A stretch of DNA of 64,000 nt. Origin: Botryllus schlosseri (lineage: Eukaryota). Positions 1 to 14,324 of the stretch are shown here, one piece after another. The first letter of the stretch is position 1. Each line of letters opens with the position of its first letter. Below the pieces are notes generated by a model, which was not told the origin of the DNA, ran no database searches, and saw only the letters and a program-made list of their open reading frames with translations. The stretch lies in the NCBI GenBank assembly GCA_051294905.1, contig CM119373.1:1738001-1802000 (forward strand), given 5' to 3'. The translations under genes were made by a program, and so were the position numbers.

Positions 1-2493
1 CATACATGGCCTACACGCCAATGCATGCCTTCCGCTCGCCACGGGAGAGCAAACATTTGCATTGGATATTATTATAAATAATCCACGGCATATCATATAT
101 ATACCACGGTATTCTCTGGAGGCCTATACCAATAAATCGGAACTGTATACTTTATTGTGCTACCATAGTGTCCTATGTGGTGTCGACACAAGCAAATCTC
201 ACGGCTCAGTGAAATTGATTCACGTCACAATTTCCATTTGGCTACAGGCAATTTGACGGTCATTTTCGACCGGCTTGCCGAGCATTAAATTTGGTAAAAC
301 GGGAATAAATCGAAAGCTGACTCCGCACTGATTACGAAAATATAAATTTTATTCCGCTCGTGGCCCTGGAACTCCCACAATCAGCCTCGAATTTTTCATT
401 GTTATGGAGATTGGCATTGGGACGCAACAATGCTGCCCCAATATTGCAATATTGAGACAAAATAGTCCACCCAGTTGAGCAGCCATGTTGATCAAACACA
501 ACATTAGTACAACAACGAGCTCACTAACATGGTTGATGGGCAAGGGTACTACGAAAGGAGTAACATTCTATCAAGGAATTAGTCTATATATAAAACATGA
601 AATATTTAAATCATTAACTTCATTTTATTTTGAACTATGAGCTGCGCGCGATACTTGACGAGGCTTATTAGTTACCAACTAATCTATACTGGGGATAGGC
701 AGACATGGTACTAACTGAAATACCATCTCATCATAAGGACTGATCTTGTGGGAAATCACTAGGCCGTTTTTTTAACGTCTCGGTCATGGTAGTGTCTGTG
801 CCATTGTACGTCAAGGCAATATGCTCATTGTTTAATCAGCTTACCCACCAACGTTTTCGTGGCCGAAGTCTTTTCAGTTAGTGACGAATAGTGTTGTTGG
901 GCACAGGTCAATAGCTTAATTTGAAGCAACTACTATAATTTGATGCTTTATCATCGCCTTCTTCCAAAACCACAAACCAGATCGTCGGCCGCATGTGGCC
1001 GCGTGTTCGTGTCTTCGTGACCCCTGACCCCCATGCTTATAGGAATGCACTGTAATTTGACATGATCTGTGCTTGATTTTGATTTATTTTTCATTCACAT
1101 TTTCATACAATTTCCAAGCATTGGCGAATTCAGTAATTATAATTTTAATTCTAATCTAATTTGGGAGAAGCTGTGTAGCTTTATTTCTAATTCTAATCTA
1201 ACTTGGGAAAATTGTGTAGCTCTAATTCTAATTCGTATCTAATTTTGAAAACCTGAAAATTTTCTAGTTGTCCGAGTCAGCATTCATTGATTCGATAACC
1301 GTGTAATTCCATTGTGACTCAACAAACTTGACAAAATAAGAGGTCAGTGCAGAGTGGTCGATTGTCGCTTCATTACAAAGCATTCGTTGTTTTCAATAAA
1401 ACTTTCTTTCTTTGACGATATTACCAGTATTTGCGCAAAATGTCCTCGCGGGTTGCATGTTCGGGACACAGGCTTAGAGCTTGTTAATTGCTGTTATCAA
1501 TATTATTGCTGGTGTAAATAAAGCAAAGAATTGTCAGCGTCGACATGACGTTACTGGTTTATTGCGAATTAATCTTCATCTCCGGTATTTTTGAATTGGC
1601 AGCACAACATTTTCATGAATATCAACGAAGCCCGAAAATCAATGTAAATGCATACATGGCCTACACACCATTGCATGCCTTACGCTCGTTGCAGGCAGGC
1701 AAACGTTTACAGCGGATCTTAATATAAATAAGCAGCAGCTGAGAATTCAATACTCACAGACGGGATTGCATAGTATATTTTCCACACAATTTTGATATCT
1801 GAAATCGGTTCATCGTACAAACGGTCTGTTCGAATTCACATCCCGTCGAGAATCAACATCTGTGACTTTTCAGTGTCTCCTGATAGGAGAGCAACTCTTC
1901 AAGAAATTTTATAAACCATAAGGTATTCTTTATTGCAGTCTTAACATAGAGGTACCCTATGTAAATAGATTGATGTAGCTATTATACAATTCATTTAATA
2001 TGTCAAAACAATATTACACCGTGTCGATCGATACTAATATCCTGATATCTAATATAATGAAAATCGAAACCACTGAGAATAATATTATAAAATTTCGTCT
2101 CCTCAAGCTTCCGACACTCACTCTAAATGTCATTGGCGTTTATGAGACGGAAAACAAAACGCCAAAAGTGAGTCGATTTTTACCGCCTGATTGCGTTTCA
2201 TATTGCGTGTCACGCTTTTTCGCGTTTTAGGTAACGCTGTCGTGTTTAATATTGTCACAGAGCTCGAAATGAAAACAACTAACCCTGACGTGTTCAACAA
2301 TGACGCAGAACTTGAAATGAAACGAATTTTATTGCAAAAAGCACCAACTCATTTGAAACATAGGTGCAACGTGCAATGACATTACAAACGTTACGCGGAC
2401 AGATGAGCAAGCGACATAATTGGATTTCTAGAATTATATAGTTGTCCAAGTCTGTCTATACCATTGGATATTCTGAATTCTCACAAACAGGCC

Positions 2494-5400
2494 TCATGGT
2501 ATTTTTTTCAAATTCAACGTACTTTGCCGATTTGAAAGTCGTTTTTTTTCGTCCCCGATAAGTATCTTTTGAATAAATCCGACGATCGTAAATGATTTTG
2601 GATACTTAAGGTTCCAGGCATAGTAACAAGACATCAGGTCAATGACCATGTCTGGGATTCCTTGATCTTTTGTGCAGGGTATAGTGATTTCATCCACCAA
2701 CACCCACTCCTGATGAACTCCCAACTCATGGATGGCGATAAGTAGGTGCGGTGGGTCCAGTTTTAGGCATTTCAACTTTAACATCATGTGCCTGAAACAT
2801 AAGAATGTATAAGTCATTCAATAATGCGGTTATTATTATCTGTTGTCAGAATATCAAATCATGACCACCATTACCAAACTAGATTGCTGAGGGACTGGCT
2901 AGCAAGAATAGAACTTGGAGATCTGACTTATTTACACACAGTTAACACTAATTGATCGCACGCTAAGAGTAACATCAGTGACGGAATACTTTCACTTTTT
3001 CCGTATACTCAAGAAGGTTCTGCCTTGGGCATTAGTCACAAAGATGCACCTTGCAATTGAAAAGGTTTGTGAAATTTACGGCATTTCCTCCACTTTACTG
3101 TTGTAGCATGGCTGACTACTTGGACCACATCTGGACAGCCCTCTCACCCAAAATACTCAGCAAGATATCATGGTTCAAAATTTTTAACCAATAATTACCT
3201 GCTGGATGGCAATAGCGAGCAACTTTGATGTTGATTTTAAGCGCTTATCCGTCAATTCTTTTTGGAGGAATAGGAGACCTTTCACCTCCTTACTTTCATC
3301 TTCTTCCTGGAAAATATCATTTTAATAATGTTATGATTAGGTCACGTGCATATCTCCATGTATCTTAATGGATTACTTGGTAAATACAATTGTAATAAGT
3401 TGAAATATTAGCTACGGTTTTCTTGATTTGATCTAAATCAGAGGATCACAAACTTTTTAGACCAGCGATTCCCAACTGCGACTCTGACTCTCAGAGCCGC
3501 ATGCGTCTTACATTAACTTTACTTCTACTGCTGATAGACTTCTACAGATATTTGTCGGCGACGAGCTCTTGCACATATTACTAGCGTCTAGATAACGGCT
3601 AATGGCGAAGCGTAAATAGCAGTAAGTTTTATACTAATCCGCGTAGATTACCTGGCAAACTTTTTCATGTGTAATTATGAAGAGCTACAATGTAATTCCA
3701 TAGGTGGAAAATAGGCAAATTATACCGATTTCATCCATATCGCTGGGTTTAAATCAGGTTAGTTTGACACAGGGTTGTAATGACTCAAGTCCGATTCGAG
3801 TTACAATTTTCTGATGACTTGAGTCATTTTCTCAAAATACGGAAATGACTCGACTTGAGTCAATCAGTGTATTGACTCGACTTGGACTCGAGTCATTGCG
3901 CATACTCAAACCAGGTCACATGACTCGAGACTTAACCGGCTAAGACTTCATTGTAATTTTGAAGAATAGTAAAGTAATTACACCATTCGGGTTTTGTCTA
4001 TTGGTATTGGTACTTGAAAATGTGACTAGAAAGTGTTAAAAGTGGGGAAAATTAGTATATTATAAATGCGAACCATTCGATATCAACAAACAGGTATAAA
4101 AATTGGGTTTAACAAGATCTCAACTGGAAACTCAGCAGTCAAAACAATGACTTGGACTCAGACTAGAGTCATAATACCACGACTCGGACTCCGTCCTCTG
4201 CTCGATGACTTGGACTTGACTCGGTGGTGAATTGAAAATGACTCGACTTGACTCGAGTCAAAACTATAAAAGTGTGATTGACATGTGACACGGTTACAAC
4301 CCTGGTTTGACATGTATACCAGTTGTACTTTTCTGCCCCCTTCTTTCAAAATCATCCCTTAGGGGGTTCCACTTTGATATAAAATTCTAAATGATAGTCA
4401 AATAATGCTGCAAAAAACAGTAGGTAGGTGAATGATAAATGATCTAGTATACGGTACTGACCGTTTCTCCAGACATTGCTCCGATCATTGTATCCACGGT
4501 GGAAAGCATAGTGCGGTAGCGCTGTATGATTTCTGCTGCCGAGCACGATGTCAAAAGCTTGAATTCTTCTCGGATCTGAACATTGAAAAAGGGCATTACT
4601 ATGTTATCATCAGTTATCACTCGGGCAAGTTTTTGCAACTTTTTTTACAGCTTCCGACAGCTTCGCAGATACTCATAATCTACGTACCATGGTGTTTTAA
4701 GCTGTTTGGAGGGATTTCATAGTGCAACTTTTCTTCTATTTTTATAGCCAATTTTTACTGCAACTTTTATCAAATATTGCGTAAAAATGTAAAGGAGTGA
4801 TTTAGTAACCATGCCATAAACTATTTTTACTATTGTTCTACTCCCTTCAGTTTGCATAACGAAGAGCCATATGATAGGTTAGCTGCATCTCAGTGTTATC
4901 TATGACACAACTGAGAGAAGTTCAACTCCCCCTGCCAAGCACAACGTTGCCCGAATAATATGTAAATAGATCGCTTTATTTATTCTGTCGTTTAAATTTG
5001 AAATAGTTTTCCCATTTCACGAACGCCCAGGCGACACCGCTGAAAATTACATTTCCACTGCGTCCACTTCTTCTGGTATTCCCGCATTGCATAATTTTCT
5101 TGCTGTGTGCCGGGATAAAATGTAATTTTGGGCGGTTTCGTCACACCGCCAAATAGCGAAATAACAAATTTGACAGCTGTTCAGGAACTAGGTTATACAA
5201 CTGAGCCTTTTGAGTATCTCGTACCTTAATAATTCAACAAAAATTTTAAATTCAACTCTTTTTACTGCAACTTTTGTCAAAATTAAATGCAATTTTCTCA
5301 GTATTTTAGTGCAACAAAAACTTGCCCTAGTTATCACGTAATCACTGAAAATGAGAGAAACTTGAGCACATTCTTTCCAAGAGTTAACATACTCACTAGT

Positions 5401-6612
5401 TACACATTGAAAAGATATGAAAATTTCCTTAGTATTTCTCGCACACTTTGTGTTGTCATTTCTGCCAATACATCGCGACGCGAGCGATGCAATTTTCGAA
5501 ACAGAACGCTGATCTTTGCCCAGTCCGGAGAATGTTTTGTATACTTTTTCATCAGACTTGCTTCGTTCCCAAACTCTGTTTGGTCAACGCCTTGAGGAAA
5601 TATTACCCAAGGGTTACGAAAACAGGGAACTGATTCAGACTATGATAGATGCTACCTTCGATTGTATATAATGGTATCTTGATCATGCTCTTTTCCCTGT
5701 GACGAATGTTTCGTATCCTCATTTTCCCGTGACGAATGTTTCGTATCTTTTGTGAGAGTTTTTTCGAGAAATGTGTCTGTAATTGAGAAACTCGTTAAAT
5801 GACTATAGGTCGAGAAACTTGTAATATACACTTACCCAGTGATTACGCCCAATAAATTGCAGGCATGTATACTTTTGACAAAGCAGTCTCGAGAATTCGG
5901 AATATTCTCCTTTGGATGTCATATCACCTTGTGATAAGACATGGTATGCACTGCACTCCTCCCCAACCGCATTTATACAATGGGCAACTCGTCCATGTTG
6001 CAATGCGGATGCAACATGGGCACTGAATTTGGGTAATGTCATTTTCTTGCTGGTAGTTGCAATTCCGGATTCACGACTTCCTGGATTTGTTTGAACTTCT
6101 TCCGCCTAAAATGTGATAGTACTCAATTTATGCGAGCATTCGATGGAATATAGTTCTGCAAATGTTCACACCGAAACGCAAGTTCTTGATGTAGGCAAGA
6201 CAGGCGAGTACTCCGTACTAGCTTCTCTTTCCATCTGAGTGAGTTCACTTTTCTGTAAAATATACTTCCATGTAAAGGTGAATGCAATAATTACTTTAAT
6301 AATTTCTACACACATCAAGAGCTTGTGATCGAGAAGTCATTGGATGTTCAAAATCAGTATTTGGAGCATAAACATGGGATACAACATTGATCTCGCTGTG
6401 TTCGATAGACGTCAACCACTTCTGCAAGACAAGATTAGATGATAAATATCACTCCCTTTCTACAATGGAAAATTCGTAGCTACGAATATGGAAACAATAT
6501 ACTCACATCTCTCAGGCTCATAAAACGACGCATGATACCCACTTTGAAATTCATTTTAATAAAATCATCATCCACCAGTAATCCAAAAGCCGAGCTACAT
6601 ACTTCATTTTCT
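2494..6612 (-). pseudogene. Spliced SAMD3-like EnSpm accessory gene, probably decayed
   Basis: Exon ~6510-6610 ENEVCSSAFGLLVDDDFIKMNFKVGIMRRF is SAM-like; exon ~5835-6105 has EYSEFSRLLCQKYTCL...W; last exon has DLMSCYYAWNLKYPKSF..GFIQKILIG; stops seen in a middle exon. Confidence 0.6.
3770..4304. mobile_element. hAT-type MITE rich in GACTCGAGTC palindromes
   Basis: TIR CAGGGTTGTAA/TTACAACCCTG, perfect 8-bp TSD GTTTGACA; nested in the EnSpm element. Confidence 0.9.
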
Positions 6613-8359
6613 GAAAGAAATTGCATACTGTTTAGTCCCAAACGTATGAAATAATAATCACATCAATAGCTTTAGCAGGACAACCTTCAAAAGCACCACA
6701 CCTGATCAACATTCTTGCTAATAATATACTGTGTGTCACCAATTTTGTGACTGATTTGTGGCCATGGATAGGTGAACTCAGAAAATTTGCAGAACTTAAC
6801 AGCATCACTACTTTCTACGGCAAATGCATTGAATTTGGACTCGAAATGCAATACATTGAAGCGGCGGTATATGCAAAATATACTCCCCGATGCTTGTACA
6901 AACGTTTCAACGCAGTTGAATTCAGGGTAGCTGTTTTGACAAGAACCTAGACCAGTCTTTACAGTACATTACACCAGAACAGCACATAAAACAAAATAAG
7001 TACAAACAAAAAGATTTACATGGTGGTGGGAACCTTGAATCACAGGCTGACAATTCTTGATAGATATATACTTGGATGCAGAACAAGAAATTACACATAT
7101 ATTTTCGGCATTATCGTTACACTGCTCGTAAAATGTATAAATAAGTATGCACGTTGATACAAGTATCATATGATGCAACGTTACCGGTACAACACAAAAT
7201 TGAAGAACAGCTGTAGGCTGTGCCATCTGTATCTAAAGCGTACAATCCACCAAGAAACATTGCTGCACGTTAGCAAATAATAGTCGAGCTGTATACATGT
7301 AAAACAGCGCTATTTGTCATAACCTTGTCAAAGAGAACCCACCTTAATAGCTTTCTATGATTTGCGTGATCGATATACTTAACACTTACCGTTCAATAAG
7401 TCCACGTGTCTCTGCTCTATACCGTGTCCTAGCAGAAAATCGGCCAATTTTAAATCCATGGCGTCCAACTACGAATAACGCTTGCAGCCAACTTCACTCA
7501 ACGGAAAATTTTGTGAACGTTCTCACTCTTCCCGCGATTGTCACACCATCGAGCTTGCGATACCACATCGTTTGTGACGTAATATTAAGAGAAGAGGAAA
7601 ATGAGGAATGAGCTCGATTGAGCTCACCTTTATGTCACTCAAGCGAAAGCAGACGTCGTTCTCTCTCTATGCCGGTGTTTACTTCACACTCACGCATCTC
7701 GAGAGATGGAAAAAAGTCATATTGTGTTTTAATGTAACGCTTGGAATTTAGAGTGTACTCATATTCGACAGTACAGCATTTCTGGGTGCCTATTAGGACG
7801 TTAGGCTGTTGCAAAAGCCATCAAATTCCAACGTCCGCGTTTCCGGTTAAATCTCATGTATTCCTAACAACACATACTCTTGGACAGCATCCGGTTACGA
7901 CTAAAAAGAGTGGCGGGATAGCGTAGTGGTGTAATCCACTGCTGCAACACCTATGGGTTGCTGGTTCTAGTCTAACCGATTTCTACTCTAAAATTCCTAC
8001 TTAGATGTTTCAGGTTAATCTAGGCTCCTCCTCGCCATCTTATCCACATAACAGACTTGTAAAACTAGATAATTCTAGTTGTCTAATTTCACTAAATTAG
8101 AGAGAAATGCCAGTAATCCAATTTGTAAATTATTCCTATGCTCTAATTTCAATTTTAATCTAATTTATTGTAGTCCTGATCTGAAAATGCCTTTTTGACC
8201 GCGGAATGTTTCACCGAGTCCTTATCGCACAGAGAAAACATATCCATGCCGCTATCGCATTGCTTACACCGTACAGAAATAGTAGTTATTGTGCGACGAA
8301 TAATAGCCATACTGGCATAGTAGCTTGTTTGTTTGTTTGTTTTATTGAACACTTGTGAC

Positions 8360-11300
8360 CATAGGCGCTGACTTTTATTTTTTTACGAGGTGACGGAGTC
8401 TTGTGACGTCATAATGATTCCATATCGATCACGTCATCGTCGCACGAAAACGCACTTTACTACATGCCGGTGGTGCGCGTGCAGCGTTAAACCATTCGCG
8501 TGACATTTGAATACTGGCCTTGCACTCATTAATATCAAACCATGCAGTCGAGATATTAAATGGAATCTTAAAACGATACGATCATTTGAAGTGCCTGCGC
8601 TACCAGTCCGTCCATCGGAATCTGCAGTTGCATCGATGTTATTCACGCGCAATGCCCAGTACGCACTGACCTTGTAAGTAACACACACAACTCTCGAATA
8701 CTTCAAGCAGACAATAATGATGATTACGAACGCGAAATTGCGCAGCCAATCTATAATTGTCTCTTACGGTTTCTTGGTTTCTTGCTTCGCGTTGACCAGC
8801 TCGCATCGCGGCAATTGTTTGATGATTAAAACATTGGTGCATTTCTCGATTCATCGGTCAATTCGTAAATTCAATCAGCATGTCGAAGGCCGCCAACGCA
8901 TACTAATTGAATTACGTGTTGACGGCCGTACAAATTTCGTTCTACGGCCGCGGGTTGGCCACCCTTGGGCTAGAATTAATTCTACTTTCGGACGCATGCC
9001 GCAATCTTACCAATAGAAATCCACTGTCTATCTAATGCCTAATAGTTTGATATTCGATAATGTTGTTCATCCAGCAATCATCAAGTTTGTAGGAATGTAG
9101 ACGGTTCCCTGTTCAAACGAATCGAATAAAATCAGAATTTGTGCCACCCATAATATTGTGATGCATCACGGTAATAATGAAAGGAAGACTGAAAAATGAC
9201 TTTGTACGACAATTTCGGAGTACGAATGTATCAAGTAGATAACAAGAAATATGGATGATGGCAAATAAGAAAGCGTGTAATCTAATCAGTATCGCCACGA
9301 GTCGGTTTTGAGTGTGACACAGTATTGAGTGGCTTTCGTCGCGACAATTGTTTTCTCATTATATCGGTGTTTAAGCTGCATTGCTGCACCTCCCGTTTAA
9401 TGTCACTGGCAAAGCGAATCTGCGAAGAAATTATTTCCAATTTGCAGGCACACACCAACACACCCTCAAATTTCGCGCTACGAATACCTATCACGAAGCT
9501 AGCTAGCTCATGAATGGTTTTGTATACGAATATGGGTGCGCATAATTTAGATTTCAGAAAAGCAGAACGTATATTTGCGCGCTTGGTCGGCAGAGGAGAC
9601 TTAGGATGGTGCTTCTCAGCACACGCTAGGCGCTTAGCCACTCGAAAAATTAGGGGGGATTTGATTTTTTTTTCAAATTTACCAATATAGCATCAATTCA
9701 ATTAGGGGTCAAGTACATCTGTAAATGGCGATCATATAATCTCTTCGTATCGACGATTTTAGGCGTATGATAAGCTTGCCAGAGTCCAGGAGTGCTGTCA
9801 ATTAGCGAGTCACTGATCTCTGGTGAACAATTATATACGCGCGAGTATATTATACAGTCCCGGCGACAGTTTTAGCAAATCAAAATGTCCGAACTTGATT
9901 GCACCGATTTCAAACCTTTGTCGTATTTCAGAACTAGAGACATGATACACATCGTCTAGTCCAGTGCTTCTCAACCGGGGGTCCGCGAAGCATTTTCAGG
10001 GGGTCCGCGAGACCTCCGAATTTGAGAAATGATTAATAGACGAATTTGTATTTTTTCAATTATGTAAATCACGAGACAGATTCACTTCATAACTATGGTA
10101 AAACTTCACGACCCACATAACAAAAATGGCCATCGGAAATGAAACATCCTACTATACAAACTCATTTTTATTGATAAATTGACAGCAGCCTAATGATACA
10201 AACATATATCGCTATTCGAAGATGTTTTATCGCGGTTTGCGCTAAAATAAAGTCAGACTTTATTAAGATCAATCAGGGTGACTTCGAGATGTTTATAAGT
10301 TGGCATTCTCAGTAATATAGTGAGCAGTCGCTAAAAATGGAAATTTTGATCCATTTTCTTCTGTATACATAACCAATATTCAAGTATAATTGCAAGTTGA
10401 TCTGCCAGATAGGAATGACAAGGCTGGACTTTCACTAAAAAAACTGTTTCTAAATTTTTTGAGCCTTACGGTGTCGTCGGAAGCGTTACGAGTTCATATT
10501 ACATTCACCACGACCTGTCTTCGAGGAAGTGGATTTTCAGCACTCGTTAACAGCAAATCAGAAGCGCGGGTTTCAAGACATGACCATAAATTTCAATAAA
10601 TGCACCTGCAAAATTCGCTTTGAAATAATAAAAATTCATACAATTTCTACATAATGTATAACATTATTTATAGAATCAGTCAAATTGTTCCAGTTATCAC
10701 TGCAATTTCAACATAATGTATGATAATATCTATAAGATAGGCCATTTGGTTGCTGTTCATCACTATCCCACAGTTAAATTTTGGAGACGTGATATCACGG
10801 TTGCGCGATAATTGAGCTAAATTTTAACGAAAACTTGAGGGGGTCCGCGGCGCTCCCATAACGGCCGAAAGGGGTCCGCGAGGACAAAAAGGTTGAGAAC
10901 CACTGGTCTAGTCGTTACGTTTAAGTATTAGCGGGATTCAATTTCCCATGCTAAAGTCTGTTTGCGGCGATTTGATGTTATTCAGTTTCGCGGTGTCGCT
11001 TTTTAATCAATATGACATAAAACAATAACTAATCAGCGTAAGTTCGACCGCATTGTCTCGAAACCAGAGAGAGACAGGAACCAAAGCATGCTAGGCCCGA
11101 GACGCGATAGTTAGGCCATAGGCCGGGCAATGATGTCTTTCACTCCATGCCTATTGCAGATGCTATTGTGTAGGTCAGCGATAATACAGTGTGAGCTGGG
11201 CCCATTGCAGATGCGATTGTTGAAGCCTGCGAAACCAGGCTTGATCGAGACGCGATAAATCAGGCTAGCGACGATTGCCCCGCGCACGGGAATTAATGAC

Positions 11301-11663
11301 CTAATTCTTCGCGCTAATTGACAACACGTTTCTAGCAAACCCGACGCGCGGAACACTGATTACACAACTGTTGAATTGCAACTGTTGCAATTGCAAGAGT
11401 TAGAATGATCATTTCAAAATGACGGGGTTTCGCGTTTCAAGTAGGGAAGTGCAACCCCCGAAAACCCGTGGCTACACACCTGGCACACCCGCGTATCGAA
11501 ATCGAAGACGTCTCTAACGAGGTGGCATCGATTCGCCTGATTACTAATTACTGGTCACAAATCATTTGGTCATATGAGCATTTTGTACGAGGTGGTCGCC
11601 ACCTCGTAAATATGGTCACGAGGTGGCTGCGCCACCTCGTAACCTCGTCAGTCGGCACCTATG
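8360..11663. mobile_element. Non-autonomous hAT-like element (CATAGG ends), 3.3 kb
   Basis: TIR CATAGGCGCTGACT / AGTCGGCACCTATG, perfect 8-bp TSD CTTGTGAC; empty site at ~21920 and ~33807. Confidence 0.88.
9962..10905. mobile_element. hAT-Charlie-type MITE nested in 8360-11663
   Basis: TIR CAGTGCTTCTCAACC/GGTTGAGAACCACTG, TSD GTCTAGTC, subterminal GGGGTCCGCG repeats. Confidence 0.9.
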
Positions 11664-13124
11664 CTTGTGACGCTTATCGCCCATTCATGTTATTTCGCGC
11701 CATGATAATGAATGTTGCAATGTTCATTGATCATTGCCTTTGGAACTCTTTTCGGACTACTTCCAGTCACGCGTCCATTCATCATCAATATCTATCTCGT
11801 TTGCATACGTCCTCTCCGGTGTCTTTTGTTGACGATTTTAGAAGCTCGACTTCAATTGATCAATTTGGGGTTTTCGTACGGTACTGCATACGCAGTGAGG
11901 TCAGCTACAAATGAATCGATATTCGGGACATGTTGCTAGGTGAAAGAATGTCTCATCCTAAAGATTGATTGTGGGGATGCCCAGGGCCGTTTTCTAAGCG
12001 TCTTGGTCTTGGGCTTGGCGGTGTCGGGTCCATTTTACGTCATGGCAACATGCCTATTGATAATAGCTGACTCTCCATCGATGGAATGCTGTTGCCATCG
12101 TTGAAGCCATTTCCGCTATAGCGAGGAATAGTGTTGTTGAGCAAAGACGAATAGGTTTATTTAAAATAACATCAATAATAATTTGAAATTTAATTCAATT
12201 TCCGCATTTCAAAATGCTTTATTCGCGTTGTTTCAAATTCACAGATCAGATTGCCGGCCTCAAATTGCAGCCTCGCGGGCCACTTGTTGATGACCCCTGG
12301 TATAGTGCAAAATGAGTAAAGCTTGATATACAGACGTTAAACAGTCTCTTTGTTTTGAGACTCCACTGTGATTTGATATGAACTGAACTTTTTGCTGTAT
12401 TTATCATTCAGAATTTCATTCAATTTCAAAGTTTTTCCGAATTCAGTTGCCAAATTCTGATGCTAATTATTATCTAATTTGGAAATAACTGTGTGGATCT
12501 AATTCTAATTCTATTATAATCTGGAAAAAAGCTGTGTAGCTTTAATTCTAATTCTAATCTAATTTGGAAAAATTGTATAGCTCTAATTCTAATTCTAATC
12601 TAATTCGGAAAAGCTAAAAAACTCTTAGTTGTCCAAGTCCGCCGCCTTAGCGGCGTCATACAAAAGCATGAGTGGGCCGTGCAGCAGGTCAGCAGCTACG
12701 GAATTTAAATGAAGGACATTGGCCTGGTGTAAATGACCATAGTAGTCGCCAAACCCCATGGATGCCTCAAATCAAACAAACGAGCGTCTGAAAAGGGAGC
12801 ACAGAAATACGCCAACTTATATCGTTGTTAGTGCCACTGATTTAGCGCTCCGTAACTCTACTCAACAGACAAATCATCGCATTTTTGCCAATTCCATTGT
12901 TCGGGAATAAAGTCGTTGCTAGAATATAAACACCATGATCCGTGATATGATTTAATGCACTATTAAGTATATATGATCGATACTAGAATATTCACGTGAA
13001 AAATAAGGACATGTGGAAAAATTTTGAACCGAGTTGACTGATGGTCCGGCTCGTGACAGATTTGAAGGTTTAAATCCGACCCGCGTCGCCATTTGAGTTT
13101 GACAACCCTGCTCCAAGCTGAATC

Positions 13125-13320
13125 GCCATAACAAGATAGCATAATGGTATGATCCACGGCTGCAACACCAATTGGTTGCGGGTTCGAGTCTGACCCAGGT
13201 CCACTCCAGAATTTCCAGCCAAGCGTTACAGATTTATCTAGGGCTAGGCTCCTCTTCATTCACCAGATCGGCGGTAGTTGTTTCTTAAAAAAGCCTAGAA
13301 GTGGACCGTGCTATGAGTGC
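13125..13320 (+). mobile_element. Second tRNA-derived SINE copy per unit (also ~23295, ~35175, ~58692)
   Basis: tagcataatgg A box, ggttcgagtc B box, same core as the other SINE. Confidence 0.6.
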
Positions 13321-14156
13321 TCTCAATATTGCAGGCCCTGGGTATTTTCTGCACAGCGATCAATGTATATTTTTAAAATTAAATGCCTCTTGGCTCTGCA
13401 TTCAGGACAGTTTATTTTACATGCAATCGAAGTTTAAATCATTGGTAAAACAGAGTATATATTGCACAACATTAAAAGCTGGTGATTTTGTTTATTATAA
13501 CATTTGAGATTCTATATAGTTGCTGAGTGACGTATAGACCGAGTGAGTGTCTCACTTCGATTTCCCAAAAGTGTTTATGAATACTGGCTGAGGCCGTACA
13601 AACCCTATTACTGTCGTTATTGAGTGATCACTAGTAAATTAGTAATCATAAAAACTGCATGAAGGTATGCTTTAAAGCTGCCAAACACTGTAGAACAGCC
13701 GTCTCCGTGGATTCAATCGGACAGATTTACATGCTTATATCCTAATGGCGACAGCATTTTGAAAGAGGCAGAGATTGCCATCATTCCAGTCATCAGAACT
13801 CTACGTCGAAATCGGCCCCACATATTTGTTACTCAGAAGACCTAGTTTCAAACAATGCCAGGGAACTAGCTCATATGTAATTTTACAAATTTCTATTGTG
13901 TTTGAGTGTATCCGATCAAATGAAATCTAAAACATTCTATTCGACTCGAGGATCAATTCTCGATTCGGAATCGTATCTTCCGAAACCTCGATGTTGCCCA
14001 GCCACAATTGCAATATTATTTTACTTGAAATGATGGCGAAGCAGTCGTAGCACAGTTATGTGATCCTAATAGTATTTTACAGTTTAATGACAGAAATTTC
14101 AATTTCATTTCCGAAGGCTAATGAAAGTAATGTTATACGAGATTTTATCATTTCAG

Positions 14157-14324
14157 TTGAAAGAGTTCGGTATCATCGACAATTCAATGAATGAAGATGG
14201 ATATGAGATACTCGTTGACATTCTGAAGCTGTCAGATTGCAAGGAATTGGCGCTCAAAAATTGTTGTCTCACCAAGACCAAGTTGCAAGGAGTATTGAAC
14301 GGATGTCGAAATCAAAATATCCAG
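14157..14324 (+). CDS. LRR exon copy 1 (two RI/NLR-type LRRs, 56 aa, phase 0-0) of a putative NLR-like gene
   Basis: tttcag|TTG...ATCCAG|gtgcgt; LKEFGIIDNSMNEDGYEILVDILKLSDCKELALKNCCLTKTKLQGVLNGCRNQNIQ has two LxxLxLxxN/C motifs about 28 aa apart; ctaat branch-like motif upstream. Confidence 0.8.

Larger units (their letters stand above)
2119..7755 (-). mobile_element. Non-autonomous EnSpm/CACTA-like element (CACTCTAAA...TTTAGAGTG), 5.6 kb
   Basis: 9-bp TIR; flanks join to the uninterrupted sequence 'cagcttcagaaactgctcatcttcgacagtac' seen at ~21435 and ~33113; TSD imperfect; no intact transposase. Confidence 0.8.

Noticed and set aside
11468..11914. 148-aa ORF
   Set aside because: It is chimeric, spanning a transposon end (11663) and pseudogene sequence in a non-homologous frame.
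13125..13200. tRNA genes at the A/B-box motifs (also ~7910, ~18630)
   Set aside because: No complete cloverleaf; they continue into a shared SINE core.
13938..13975. Hairpin (attcgactcgag...ctcgattcggaat) upstream of the LRR exons as a Dscam-like selector/docking site
   Set aside because: It is partly deleted in copy 2, no complementary docking partner was found, and it is more simply a TCGA-rich MITE remnant.
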